From: an uncultured cyanobacterium
GTDB taxonomy: Bacteria > Cyanobacteriota > Cyanobacteriia > PCC-9006 > JAAUQQ01
Direction: 5' to 3'
DNA length: 64,000 bases
NCBI GenBank assembly: GCA_963718615.1
Contig: OY970368.1
Location: forward strand, 2,080,001-2,144,000
Positions within the stretch are counted from its first letter, which is position 1. Every line of letters starts with the position of its first letter. Shown piece by piece: positions 29,440 through 40,458 of this stretch. A program made the translations under genes and the position numbers. The notes beneath the pieces were generated by a model. The model did not search any database and was not told the origin of the DNA. It saw only the letters and a program-made list of their open reading frames with translations.

Positions 29440-32406
29440 TAAAAAAGTTTTAGCAATTCAATCTGATCATTATTGGGCAAAAGTACATATTGCAATTATT
29501 TATAGAGAGTTAGGTCAGCTAGAAATTTCAGAAAATTATCTAAATCAAATTTTGGAGATTAGCTCTGATCATCCTTTTATTTTATTTCAGCTAGGAGAAA
29601 CTTATCGACTACAGCAAAACTATGAAGAGGCAATCTGCAAATACCAGAAATCTTTGGAAGTTGATCCTGAAAATCCCTGGGCCGATATTCAGATAGCGAT
29701 CGCCCAACGAGAATCAGGTCAATGGGGCGCTGCCGAACAACAACTCAATCAAATTCTTGATAAAAATCCGAGCCACTTTCAGGCTCATATACAGCAGGGA
29801 GTTTTAGCGCGGTGGCGAGATGAGCATGGGAAAGCCTTGGATTGGTTTCGTCAGGCAGAGGAATATGCAATTGAGATTTCTCAGAAATTGCAGACTCAAC
29901 TTTTGATCTGTGAGACATTACAGGAGTTGGATCAGCTTGTCGACGCTTATACCGTAGCAAACCAGTTAGCTGATCAATACCCTGAAGATTCACAGGCTCT
30001 AATGATCTTGGGCAACCTTTTCCGTAGGCAACAGGCATTTGATTTAGCGGCTGACTTGTATCAAAAGATTTTGTCGATTCAGCCGAACCATCATCCTGCC
30101 AGTATTCAATTGAGCCGTTGTCTGTATGACTTGGGGCAGGCAGAGGCTGCATTGCAAGCACTGACGGCGGTTGAGGATAAATCGGTGGCTGCTGTACCAA
30201 TCCAGACCCGTAAGGTTGAAATTCTCCGAGAGCTCCATCGGCTGGACGAAGCGGAGCAGACATTGCAATCCCTGCTAGAACGCTTTCCGATGGATTCGCG
30301 GGTGCTGATGCAGTGGGGATATCTGGAACGGCAGCGAGGGCAGCGGCAGCGGGCACTGGGTTACTTTCGACAAGCAGCAGATCATCCGTTGCAAGCTCAC
30401 CAAGGATTAGCGGCTCAGTTCTGTGCCATCGAAGAATTGCGCGATCTGGATCGATTAGACGAGGCCAAAACAGAAATTCAGCAGGTTTTGGCAAAATATC
30501 CCCAGCATCGACGGGCCAATATGATTTTGGCCAGTATCTTTTATCGACAACTGGAGCTTGGAACTGCTGCTGAGGTGTATCGCAAGCTGCTGCAATTCAA
30601 TCCCCATAATACCAATGCCCAGTTTGAGCTGGCGCGGGTGTTGAGCGAGATGCAGCAGCAAACGACCGAGGCTGTTGCCCATCTGCAAGTGCAATATCAC
30701 CAGTCGAAACGTCCCGAATTACGCATCCTGATGCGTTTAGGACAGTTGGCAGAGGCCCAGGAGGATTATCCAGAGGCGCAGCGGTGGTATGAGCAGGCGC
30801 GGGAACTTTATCCCCACAGAGCACAGGTGTATAGCGCACTGGCGGAGGTGATGTATCGGCAGGCGGAGATTGAGGGGGCGATCGCGCTCCTCTCCGACGC
30901 AAGACAAGAGATACCTCAAGCTCCAGAGCTTCCGCTCAAGTTAGCTAGTTTACAGATGCGGCTAGGTTATCCAGTAAAAAGTCTACGGATTCTTGAGGAG
31001 GTGTATCAGCGGTTTCCGCATCAGATATCGGTTTTGTTGCAGCTTTGTCATCTGCATTTGCAACTAGGAGAGTTTGAGAACGCCGAGGGACTTTTAGCCG
31101 GAACTGGATTTGATCACGGCAATTGGCGGAAGCAGGTGGCGTTGTTGCGGGCGGAGATGGCGTTGCGGCGGTTTCAGCCCCAGATGGCAGAACCCTATTT
31201 GCGGGAGGCGATCGCTATTGCCCCAGCAACACCTCATGAGCATAACCGTCTAGCTCAAACCTATCTACTCCAGGCAGAGCCGCTGAAGGCTTATGAGCAG
31301 GTCAAGTTAGCGACGGACTTATTGAAGCTAAAAATGGCTCCAGGACAGACTAACATTCCGCTGAAAGACCATGTGGCGGTGCTAATTAATCAGATGCGGA
31401 TGAATCCGGCCATGTTGGAGCAACTGCAAGCCGCAATGCAAGAGCAAGGTAAGGAGCGGTTGATTGGGTTGGGAACGATCGTCGCTCAGGAGCCGACCTA
31501 TTTGGGGGCGGGGTTGTGTTTAATGCAGGCGTTGCGGCAGCAGGATATTTTTGCGGAATGGCGGCGGTTGTTGCCAGTGGGGGCAGTGGGTTTGCCGCAG
31601 ATCCCGAAGCGAATTGTGCAGTTTTGGGATAGCCCGAAGCCACCGGAGGAGATTGCGGGAGTGATGCGGAGTTGGGTGGAGATGAATCCGGACTATGAGT
31701 ATGTAAGGTTTTCGTTGCAGCGGGCGATCGCTTTCCTCCAGGAGTATTACGACGCGGATGTGTTGAAGGCGTTTCAGCTCTGTGGCCATGTGGCCACCCA
31801 GGCGGATTTGTTTCGGTTGGCCTATCTGAACAAGATGGGTGGTTTTTATGCGGATGCGGATGATCGCTGTCTGGTATCACTAGATGATCTGGTGGAATCG
31901 AATGCAGAGCTTGTTGTCTATCAGGAAGAGTATGCATCGATCGGCAACAACTTTTTAGGTTGTATTCCCAATCAGTCAATGATTCAGATGGCGTTATATC
32001 AGGCAGTAGAGAATTTGCTCAACTATACGACGGAGGGGCCTTGGTTTCAGACGGGACCGGGGTTGATGACGGGTTGTGTAGGGTTGGGGTTGGTGCCTTA
32101 TTTATCTCATTTGGATTTTCGAATGTGGCCTCGGTTGGTGGTCTTGAGTCAGGAGGCGTTGCGGGGGTATGTGTGGCCCCATCTGTCGTTGCCCTATAAA
32201 CATACGGAGCAGAGTTGGGTTTATCAGACTTACCGTAATACAAGTAGAAAGGCAGCTAAGCATAAAAGTGTGAATGTGGCAGAGCAATGATGCACATAGA
32301 GACTGCCCAGGCCATGTGCAGCGGGACGCGCTAGCCAACTTTGCTTAGCTGGGTCAGACGAGCAATAATAAGGAATACTGTTGCGTGATTGGCTTAGGGG
32401 ATTGTC

Positions 32407-33132
32407 ATGGTTCAGCTTCCTTCTCGCCTTGAGACTGCTTCAGGGCGACTTACCAAAGATGCTAGTTCAGTTCAAGACTTACCAGAGTGGGATATTCTGG
32501 GGGAGGAGTGGCTGAGTGATGAACCGGAGTTGGAGTCTGATTTTCACCGGGAGCAAATTACGTTGTTGTTGCGGTTGATGCAGTGGTATTGGCGTAACCG
32601 CAGTGATATCTATTGCTCTGGCAACACGACGGTTTATTACGACGAATCTCAGCGAACGAACCGGAATTTTAAGGGGCCAGATGTGTTTGTGGTCTTGGGG
32701 GTAGAGCCGAGATTACGCAACAGTTGGATGACTTGGCGTGAGGGGGGTCGGTATCCGAATGTGGTGATTGAGTTGTTGTCGGATTCGACGGCGAAGGTTG
32801 ATCGCACGGAGAAGAAGGCGCTATATCAGAATATTTGGCGATTGCCGGAGTATTTTTGGTTTCATCCGCGTACGCTAGAGTTTAAGGGGTTTAGGTTGGT
32901 GGATGGGCAGTATCAAGAACTCCAAGCAGATGAGCAGGGCAATTTGTGGAGTCAGGAGTTGTCAGTTTTCTTGGGGATATTTGAGGAGCGGCTAAGGCTG
33001 TTTACACCTGAGGGTGAGCTGATTCCGTTGGAAGAGGAGGAGGAGCGGCAGCGGGCGGAGCGGGCGGAGGCGCGGGCTGAGCAGTTGGCGCAGCGGTTGC
33101 GGGAGTTGGGAATTAATTTAGAGGATGGGTGA
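32407..33132 (+). CDS. Uma2 family endonuclease, copy 2
   Basis: Core nearly identical to copy 1. Confidence 0.92.
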   Translation: MVQLPSRLETASGRLTKDASSVQDLPEWDILGEEWLSDEPELESDFHREQITLLLRLMQWYWRNRSDIYCSGNTTVYYDESQRTNRNFKGPDVFVVLGVEPRLRNSWMTWREGGRYPNVVIELLSDSTAKVDRTEKKALYQNIWRLPEYFWFHPRTLEFKGFRLVDGQYQELQADEQGNLWSQELSVFLGIFEERLRLFTPEGELIPLEEEEERQRAERAEARAEQLAQRLRELGINLEDG

Positions 33133-33163
33133 GAAGTTGTGCTTTGGCGAATAGTGTGGGAAA

Positions 33164-33451
33164 TTATTGGATTTTTGCGGCAATCCAGCTGAGGAGAAGA
33201 AGTGTGGAGATAATTAATGTGAGGATAATCGCAAGAAACTTAAGTCCTGTGGTCCAGAGGGCGATGATTCTGGCGGTGTAGAGGAGGAAGCAGAGGGCGA
33301 TGGTTAGGTTTTTGCTGGTTTTTGTTTGAATGTTTGGCTGTAGTCTCGGTCTGTCATAAATTGAGCCAGTTTTTTTCTTTTGGCGGATCTTAGAGGATCT
33401 TGATTTTGCAATGCCATTTGGTAGGAGGCGATCGCCAGTGAGACCAAGCAA
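33164..33451 (-). CDS. Small predicted membrane protein; start uncertain
   Basis: Basic N-terminus, hydrophobic C-terminal half; homologs at 27238, 45831, 48643. Confidence 0.5.
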   Translation of the reverse strand: MLGLTGDRLLPNGIAKSRSSKIRQKKKTGSIYDRPRLQPNIQTKTSKNLTIALCFLLYTARIIALWTTGLKFLAIILTLIISTLLLLSWIAAKIQ

Positions 33452-33503
33452 GCTCTGGATTGAGGCAGATCATGGGGTTAAGCGCGATCGCTGGCAGGTC
33501 TTA

Positions 33504-34688
33504 TCAGCCCGAATGGGAGCGCAGCCAGCCCTCCACCTGCGACATCTCACTGATTAGGGCCGGATCCAAAACAACCAGCGCCTCTAAAGCACAATCATTC
33601 AGCTTCATTTGCAACGGCTCTGGCAACGGTCCTAGCTGCTGATTTAACTTGCTCTGGAGACGCGCTAAGACCAATCCAATGAGCTGAGATTCGAGGTCGG
33701 CAAGGGTTTCCAGGTCAAAAACTGATAGGGTAAGGGCCTCAAGCTGGTCTGAAGAAAGAGAGGCGATCGCCCTTTCGCAGACCTCCGGTAACGAGCCAAA
33801 TTTCTGGGCAAGCAGCCGTGTGGCCAAGATTTGCTCAGCCTCTCGACGACCTTCCTCACGACCTTCCTCACGACCTTCCTCACGACCTTCCTCGCGGCCT
33901 TCCTCGCGACCTTCCTCGCGGCCTGCTTTGAGGCCACGCTCGAAGCCGATTTCTTCAACGCTGGTTACGTAGGGCATTCGTCGTTCCTCTTCGTAGGCTT
34001 TTAACTCCGTCCAAAACTGGGTTGTCAGGCTTTTGGGCAAAATCATGACCCAGTCAATAAAGCGAAACAGGTTGACAATTTCATTTCGATTATACCCCTG
34101 CTCATAAAGCCGCCGAATAAGCTGGAGCTTCCAGGCTTTGCGGCTTTGAGCGTCTTTTTTGGTCTCTTGGGCCTTGATGTGGGCCATGACGACGACGGCA
34201 AAAGGGTTACGGCTGGCTTCCATCTCGGCCCAGTGCTCTCGATAGTCCAACAGCTTGACGATGCCAAAGCGGAACGAGAGCGCTGTATCGGGGTAGTCGA
34301 AGCTGTATTGCGTGGGTCTCCATTTGCTGTTGCTGTCGCACAAAATCGCGAGGCTAGTTGCGGGGTGGCGAAAGCGATCGAAGATTCTCAAGTTGTACAA
34401 AAACATGCGCTCTTGAAACTGGGCTTCGCGGGTTGACTGGATCTCGGTGTGGATCAGCAGCCACAGTTCTTTGCCCCGTTTGCGTTGGACTTTGACTAGT
34501 TGGTCGGCGAAGCGCTTGCCTGTTTCGCTTTCGGGCGCGATTTGCTGGAATTCTTGGTCCAGAAATTCGGGGGGATGCTGCCAATCGATCAGTTTGGCGG
34601 TGTTGGGAAAAAAGAATTCGATCGCTTCTTGAAAATAGGTACGCAGCACAAACTTCCAAGGGCCATCTTGGGGATCGGACTGAACCAT
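33504..34688 (-). CDS. Rpn-like PD-(D/E)XK nuclease with GREE repeats and DUF4351-like tail
   Basis: QDGPWK, ADQLVKV, IHTEIQ, MPYVTSVE, GREE x6. Confidence 0.85.
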   Translation of the reverse strand: MVQSDPQDGPWKFVLRTYFQEAIEFFFPNTAKLIDWQHPPEFLDQEFQQIAPESETGKRFADQLVKVQRKRGKELWLLIHTEIQSTREAQFQERMFLYNLRIFDRFRHPATSLAILCDSNSKWRPTQYSFDYPDTALSFRFGIVKLLDYREHWAEMEASRNPFAVVVMAHIKAQETKKDAQSRKAWKLQLIRRLYEQGYNRNEIVNLFRFIDWVMILPKSLTTQFWTELKAYEEERRMPYVTSVEEIGFERGLKAGREEGREEGREEGREEGREEGREEGRREAEQILATRLLAQKFGSLPEVCERAIASLSSDQLEALTLSVFDLETLADLESQLIGLVLARLQSKLNQQLGPLPEPLQMKLNDCALEALVVLDPALISEMSQVEGWLRSHSG

Positions 34689-34814
34689 TGCTCTCTGTCC
34701 CTGAGTAACAGTTCGATTGTACTTCTTTTGGGGTACTTGCCAGTCAATTGAGGCGTGGCGTTTCTAGCTGTGCGTTCGGAATTAGCTAAGGTAAGAGCTA
34801 GGAGAATGTGCTTT

Positions 34815-35053
34815 CTGCGTGGATCTGCGTAAGCTTTTTGTTTGAAGATGGAATAAAGATGCGGATGGAGTGGGGGAGTGATGGAGTAATAGGGTGATGG
34901 GGTCGTCACCCAATCACCCCGTCACCCAATCACCCAATCACCCTGATACTCAACAACCCATGACCCAGACACCTGAAACACAACCGAAGACTGCTGAGGC
35001 GCAGCTGGCGGAGGCTTTGGTGTTGCGGGAGGCTTGGGGGGATTTGGTGGGGC
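34815..35053 (+). repeat. Leader repeat copy 3 (stub; ATG 34960, ~31 homologous codons)
   Basis: Core has one extra TCACCCAA octamer; homology lost after GATTTGGTGGGGC. Confidence 0.93.
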
Positions 35054-35130
35054 AGTTGTGGTGCGGCTGGTGCGGCTGGGAAGCATGTCGAGCATACGGG
35101 CTGTTGTTTATGCTTTGCGGTTTGCCTCAT

Positions 35131-35481
35131 TCACAGCGGAAGATAGAGAATTTGCCCTTCCATTTCACCCTGCTGAATGCATTCCAGCACGATCAGGAGA
35201 TCATCAATAATTTGTCCTGTTGAAGCATCTGTGCGAACTTCAATTACGCCAGGCATTGATAGCCCCTGGGCGATGCGATCGTAGGCATAACGGGTGATTG
35301 TTGCAACGTCATGCGTAAGTAGTACTCGATTTTCTGATGCTGCTTGGGCCAGAACGGTTGGATCATCTTTTCCGGACAGCCCGATGTCTTGAACTCTGAT
35401 AATGTCAATATCTGATTGACGGCGAAGCAAGCCTCTGAGAATCGTATTATCGAAGTTTTCGTCTGCCAGCAGTTTTAGCAT
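35131..35481 (-). CDS. DUF5615 PIN-like toxin
   Basis: KLLADEN..DDPTVL..RVLLTHD..PGVI. Confidence 0.88.
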   Translation of the reverse strand: MLKLLADENFDNTILRGLLRRQSDIDIIRVQDIGLSGKDDPTVLAQAASENRVLLTHDVATITRYAYDRIAQGLSMPGVIEVRTDASTGQIIDDLLIVLECIQQGEMEGQILYLPL

Positions 35482-35816
35482 GCGGTTTGAAGGCTCTTGC
35501 GGGCTAGGAGTCGATCGCGGATGCCGTTTGGATCGAGCTGGGCTTCATTGTGCTGGCGAATTTGCTGGGCTTGCTTCTGTCTGGCTTGGAGATATTGCTC
35601 TATGGCTAGTTGGTTGTTTAGGTAGAAGGCAATTGTTGCGTAAACGTCTGCTAATTGGAGGGAGGTGTAGCGGTGGGTGATCTCTTCGGCGGTGAGACCT
35701 TGTTTGAAAACGTTGATGACAGTATCTAGGGTAACACGAGTTGTGCCAACAAGAATAACACCATCTGGGTTGATGATGAGTGGGGGTGGGGAAGGGGAGA
35801 GAATGATGGGTGGCAT
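35475..35816 (-). CDS. DUF433 antitoxin-like protein
   Basis: GTTRVTLDTVI..G.TAEEI..LADVYATIAFY. Confidence 0.88.
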   Translation of the reverse strand: MPPIILSPSPPPLIINPDGVILVGTTRVTLDTVINVFKQGLTAEEITHRYTSLQLADVYATIAFYLNNQLAIEQYLQARQKQAQQIRQHNEAQLDPNGIRDRLLARKSLQTAC

Positions 35817-35925
35817 AGATAAAGAGGGGAACTGTCAGATTGTCAGGTGGATTAGTTTATTTTAGCCTGCCTCTGGCTGTGAGCAGCGAGTGGGCGGAGG
35901 TAAAGAAGTTGGGAGAATGTGATTT

Positions 35926-36161
35926 CTGCGTGGATCTGCGTAGGCCTTTTGTTTGAAGATGGAATAAAGATGCGGATGGAGGGGGGGAGTAATGGTGTGA
36001 TGGGGTCGTCACCCAATCACCCCGTCACCCAATCACCCTGATACTCAACGACCCATGACCCAGACACCTGAAATACAACCGCAGACTGCTGAGGCTCGGC
36101 TGGCGGAGGCTTTGGCGTTGCGGGAGGCTGGGGATTTGGTGGGGGCGGTGGGGCGGTTGCG
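35926..36161 (+). repeat. Leader repeat copy 4 (stub; ATG 36055, stop 36177)
   Basis: Core lacks one G-rich octamer; ~36 homologous codons. Confidence 0.93.
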
Positions 36162-36196
36162 AAGTGGAGAGTTCTGATATTTCAAGTTTGACCTGG

Positions 36197-36682
36197 TCAC
36201 TCACCCACTAAGGTTAAAGCTTTAGTAAGAACATCGACGCTAATTCTGAATCCGACGCTCATTAGCTTGTCATACTCTCTACGAGCTGAAGTGATATATC
36301 CGCGCTGCTTAGCTAAAGCAATAATGCTGACGGTTCCTCTCACTTGCATTCCTAAAATGGCAGCGGCTTTGCGAGCAGCTCGATCGTCGATGATTGCTTC
36401 GAATTCGGGATGCTCGGAAACCCAAGTCATTACGCAACTTTCTCCCATGCCTAGATCCCAGCTAGCAATGATTGGGCTGATACTGGCAATGGGTTTGATA
36501 TAGAGCTGTCCTTCTGTGCGAATCCAGGTGACGGCAGAATCGTCATAGCCACCGTTTCGAATTTCATCAGCAACGCCTTGGGGAATTACCAGTTCGTTAC
36601 AAAGTTGGGTTAAGAGACTAACCTGACCAATTTTGGTGAGGGTAATAATGGGAGAGGCATTAACAACCCATTGGTTAGCCAC
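36197..36682 (-). CDS. DUF3368 PIN-domain toxin-like protein
   Basis: VVNASPII..IPQGVADE..LGMGE..IDDRAARKAA..GTV; GTG start inferred. Confidence 0.85.
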   Translation of the reverse strand: MANQWVVNASPIITLTKIGQVSLLTQLCNELVIPQGVADEIRNGGYDDSAVTWIRTEGQLYIKPIASISPIIASWDLGMGESCVMTWVSEHPEFEAIIDDRAARKAAAILGMQVRGTVSIIALAKQRGYITSARREYDKLMSVGFRISVDVLTKALTLVGE

Positions 36683-36926
36683 GGGCCAGTTCCTCAGTAA
36701 GCTCATCAGGCGTGGTTTGAAAAGGAGACACCTTAAAACGAATTAGGGCCTCTAGGAAGGCTTGACGGCTGACACCTGCGATTTCAGCAGCTTTAGATTG
36801 AGAAACGGTGCCAATTTCATACCATTTGACGGCAGCTGCCAAACGCATGTCTTGAACGAACTCGTCGGGTGTACTGCGGGTCACTGAAAAAACGCTTTCT
36901 GGCAAGCTTAGCTTGACTTCTATCAT
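36675..36926 (-). CDS. UPF0175 antitoxin-like protein
   Basis: RLAAAVKWYE..SQSKAAEIAGVSRQAF. Confidence 0.88.
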   Translation of the reverse strand: MIEVKLSLPESVFSVTRSTPDEFVQDMRLAAAVKWYEIGTVSQSKAAEIAGVSRQAFLEALIRFKVSPFQTTPDELTEELARG

Positions 36927-37009
36927 GATGAAATCAGCAGGTTTGGTTTGGTTAAGTATTCATATTTTAGCGAATGCTGGCCAATTTACGGTTTGGGGGT
37001 GTTAAGTGG

Positions 37010-37415
37010 CTGCGTGGATCTGCGTAAGCTTTTTGTTTGAAGATGGAATAAAGATACGGATGGAGTGGGTGAGTGATGGAGTAATGGTGTGATGGGGTCG
37101 TCACCCAATCACCCTGTCACCCAATCACCCTGATACTCAACGACCCATGACCCAGACCCCTGAAACACAACTGAAGACTGCTGAGGCGCGGCTGGCGGAG
37201 GCTTTGGCGTTGCGGGAGGCGGGGGATTTTGTGGGGGCGGTGGGGCGGTTGCGGGAGCTGCTGGAGGAGGCTGGGTTTGTGCGGGGGTGGATGGAGTTGG
37301 GGCGGACGTTGCGGCGGTTGGGGGAGCGAGAGGGGGCGTTGGAGGCGTTTGGGGAGGCTGAGCGGCTGGAGCCGGAGCATTTGCCAAGTCGGATTGAGGG
37401 GGCGATCGAACTGCG
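37010..37415 (+). repeat. Leader repeat copy 5
   Basis: Same core; ATG at 37147. Confidence 0.95.
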
Positions 37416-40404
37416 GGCTTTAGAGCGATTTGAGGAAGCTGAACAAAAGTTGCTGGGGGTGTTACAGATTAATTCTAAGCAGCCTGCGGCTTTGTTTCAG
37501 TTGGGGGAGGTATATCGGGTTCAGCGGAGATTTGAGGAAGCGATCGCCCAATGCCAAAAAGCTCTTAATGTTGCCCCAAATCATGTGAGTGCAAAAACTA
37601 GTCTTGCGATCGCATACCGAGAATTGGGCGAATGGGATATCGCTGAACAGCAATTGCAGCTACTTTTGCAGAACAACCTTCTGCGGCCTGCAGCTTTGGT
37701 TCAGTTGGGGGAGGTTTATCGGGTTCAGCGGAGGTTTGAGGAGGCGATCGCCCAATACCAAAAAGCTCTAGAAGCCAAGCCTGATAACCCCTGGGCAGAG
37801 ATGAACATGGCGATCGCCTATCGAGAATCAGGTCAATGGGATGTTGCTGAACAACAACTCAACAACATTCTAGATATAAATCCAAACCACTTTCAAGCCT
37901 ATATCCATCAAGGTATCTTGGCGAGATGGCGAGATGAGCATGGAAAAGCCTTAGATTGGTTTCGTAAGGCAGTAGAGTATGCAACTGATGCGGCCCAAAA
38001 ATTGCAGGCTCAACTTAAGGTTTGTGAAACATTGCAGGAGTTAGATCAGCTCGTTGAAGCTCATGAGCTGGCGCAACAGCTGGACACTGATCATGCGGGT
38101 AATTGGCGGGTAATCATGGTCTTAGGCGACCTTTTCCGTCGGCAACAGGCATTTGATTCAGCAGCTGAGTTGTATCAAAAAGTTTTATCTATTCAACCAG
38201 GGCATCGCCCTGCAAGCATTCAACTCAGTCATTGTCTGTATGACTTGGGCCAGTCAGAAGCTGCATTGCAAACACTAGAATTGGCTAAATATGGACCAGC
38301 AACTAACATAACAGTCCAGATTCGAAAAGTTGAAATTCTCCGGTTGCTACATCGGCTGGATGAAGCAGAGCAAATATTGCAATATTTGCAAGAACGCTTT
38401 CCGAAAGATTCGCGGGTGCTGATGCAGTGGGGATATCTGGAACGGCAGCGAGGGCAGCGGCAGCGGGCACTGGGTTACTTTCGACAAGCAGCAGATCATC
38501 CGTTGCAAGCTCACCAAGGATTAGCGGCTCAGTTCTGTGCCATCGAAGAATTGCGCGATCTGGATCGCTTGGACGAGGCCAAAACAGAAATTCAGCAGGT
38601 TTTGGCAAAACATCCCCAGCATCGACGGGCCAATATGATTTTGGCCAGTATCTTTTATCGACAACTGGAGCTTGGAACTGCTGCTGAGGTGTATCGCAAG
38701 CTGCTGCAATTCAATCCTCATAATACCAATGCCCAGTTTGAGCTGGCGCGGGTGTTGAGCGAGATGCAGCAGCAAACGACCGAGGCTGTTGCCCATCTGC
38801 AAGTGCAATATCACCAGTCGAAACGTCCCGAATTACGCATCCTGATGCGTTTAGGACAGTTGGCAGAGGCCCAGGAGGATTATCCAGAGGCGCAGCGGTG
38901 GTATGAGCAGGCGCGGGAACTTTATCCCCACAGAGCACAGGTGTATAGCGCACTGGCGGAGGTGATGTATCGGCAGGCGGAGATTGAGGGGGCGATCGCG
39001 CTCCTCTCCGACGCAAGACAAGAGATACCTCAAGCTCCAGAGCTTCCGCTCAAGTTAGCTAGTTTACAGATGCGGCTAGGTTATCCAGTAAAAAGTCTAC
39101 GGATTCTTGAGGAGGTGTATCAGCGGTTTCCGCATCAGATATCGGTTTTGTTGCAGCTTTGTCATCTGCATTTGCAACTAGGAGAGTTTGAGAACGCCGA
39201 GGGACTTTTAGCCGGAACTGGATTTGATCACGGCAATTGGCGGAAGCAGGTGGCGTTGTTGCGGGCGGAGATGGCGTTGCGGCGGTTTCAGCCCCAGATG
39301 GCAGAACCCTATTTGCGGGAGGCGATCGCTATTGCCCCAGCAACACCTCATGAGCATAACCGTCTAGCTCAAACCTATCTACTCCAGGCAGAGCCGCTGA
39401 AGGCTTATGAGCAGGTCAAGTTAGCGACGGACTTATTGAAGCTAAAAATGGCTCCAGGACAGACTAACATTCCGCTGAAAGACCATGTGGCGGTGCTAAT
39501 TAATCAGATGCGGATGAATCCGGCCATGTTGGAGCAACTGCAAGCCGCAATGCAAGAGCAAGGTAAGGAGCGGTTGATTGGGTTGGGAACGATCGTCGCT
39601 CAGGAGCCGACCTATTTGGGGGCGGGGTTGTGTTTAATGCAGGCGTTGCGGCAGCAGGATATTTTTGCGGAATGGCGGCGGTTGTTGCCAGTGGGGGCAG
39701 TGGGTTTGCCGCAGATCCCGAAGCGAATTGTGCAGTTTTGGGATAGCCCGAAGCCACCGGAGGAGATTGCGGGAGTGATGCGGAGTTGGGTGGAGATGAA
39801 TCCGGACTATGAGTATGTAAGGTTTTCGTTGCAGCGGGCGATCGCTTTCCTCCAGGAGTATTACGACGCGGATGTGTTGAAGGCGTTTCAGCTCTGTGGT
39901 CATGTAGCAACCCAGGCGGATTTGTTTCGGTTGGCCTATCTGAACAAGATGGGTGGTTTTTATGCGGATGCGGATGATCGCTGTCTGGTATCACTAGATG
40001 ATCTGGTGGAATCGAATGCAGAGCTTGTTGTCTATCAGGAAGAGTATGCATCGATCGGCAACAACTTTTTAGGCTGTATTCCCAACCAATCGATGATTCA
40101 GATGGCGTTGTATCAGGCGGTGGAGAATTTGCTCAACTATACGACGGAGGGGCCTTGGTTTCAGACGGGGCCGGGGTTGATGACGGGTTGTGTAGGGTTG
40201 GGGTTAGTGCCCTATTTATCGCATTTAGATTTTCGGATGTGGCCTCGATTGGTGGTGTTGAGTCAGGAGGCATTGCGGGGATATGTGTGGCCTCATCTGT
40301 CGTTGCCCTATAAGCATACGGAGAAGAGTTGGGTGTATCAGAGTTATCGGGCTCCGAATCGGCAGAATAAGCGATCGCTAGAAGCTTGTAGCACCGAACG
40401 GTAA
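37147..40404 (+). CDS. TPR-DXD glycosyltransferase copy 3
   Basis: TPRs plus GGFYADAD; 3' ~1.9 kb nearly identical to copy 2. Confidence 0.9.
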   Translation: MTQTPETQLKTAEARLAEALALREAGDFVGAVGRLRELLEEAGFVRGWMELGRTLRRLGEREGALEAFGEAERLEPEHLPSRIEGAIELRALERFEEAEQKLLGVLQINSKQPAALFQLGEVYRVQRRFEEAIAQCQKALNVAPNHVSAKTSLAIAYRELGEWDIAEQQLQLLLQNNLLRPAALVQLGEVYRVQRRFEEAIAQYQKALEAKPDNPWAEMNMAIAYRESGQWDVAEQQLNNILDINPNHFQAYIHQGILARWRDEHGKALDWFRKAVEYATDAAQKLQAQLKVCETLQELDQLVEAHELAQQLDTDHAGNWRVIMVLGDLFRRQQAFDSAAELYQKVLSIQPGHRPASIQLSHCLYDLGQSEAALQTLELAKYGPATNITVQIRKVEILRLLHRLDEAEQILQYLQERFPKDSRVLMQWGYLERQRGQRQRALGYFRQAADHPLQAHQGLAAQFCAIEELRDLDRLDEAKTEIQQVLAKHPQHRRANMILASIFYRQLELGTAAEVYRKLLQFNPHNTNAQFELARVLSEMQQQTTEAVAHLQVQYHQSKRPELRILMRLGQLAEAQEDYPEAQRWYEQARELYPHRAQVYSALAEVMYRQAEIEGAIALLSDARQEIPQAPELPLKLASLQMRLGYPVKSLRILEEVYQRFPHQISVLLQLCHLHLQLGEFENAEGLLAGTGFDHGNWRKQVALLRAEMALRRFQPQMAEPYLREAIAIAPATPHEHNRLAQTYLLQAEPLKAYEQVKLATDLLKLKMAPGQTNIPLKDHVAVLINQMRMNPAMLEQLQAAMQEQGKERLIGLGTIVAQEPTYLGAGLCLMQALRQQDIFAEWRRLLPVGAVGLPQIPKRIVQFWDSPKPPEEIAGVMRSWVEMNPDYEYVRFSLQRAIAFLQEYYDADVLKAFQLCGHVATQADLFRLAYLNKMGGFYADADDRCLVSLDDLVESNAELVVYQEEYASIGNNFLGCIPNQSMIQMALYQAVENLLNYTTEGPWFQTGPGLMTGCVGLGLVPYLSHLDFRMWPRLVVLSQEALRGYVWPHLSLPYKHTEKSWVYQSYRAPNRQNKRSLEACSTER

Positions 40405-40458
40405 GAATATGACACCAGCACAATACCAGGCAGATCAGAGGGATTTTTAGAGGTCAGT

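Larger units (their letters stand above)
27505..32290 (+). pseudogene. TPR-DXD glycosyltransferase copy 2, interrupted by IS1 (1290 aa if rejoined)
   Basis: Removing the IS and one TAAAAAAG restores the frame ..QYKKVLAIQSDH.. Confidence 0.92.

Noticed and set aside
29237-29447. N-terminus of the 1017-aa ORF as a real start
   Set aside because: The first ~70 codons are antisense IS1 sequence that happens to be in frame with the interrupted gene.
30293-40340. Diversity-generating retroelement template/variable repeat pair
   Set aside because: No reverse transcriptase; the repeat is ~1.9 kb and the differences I saw are mostly synonymous and not adenine-specific.
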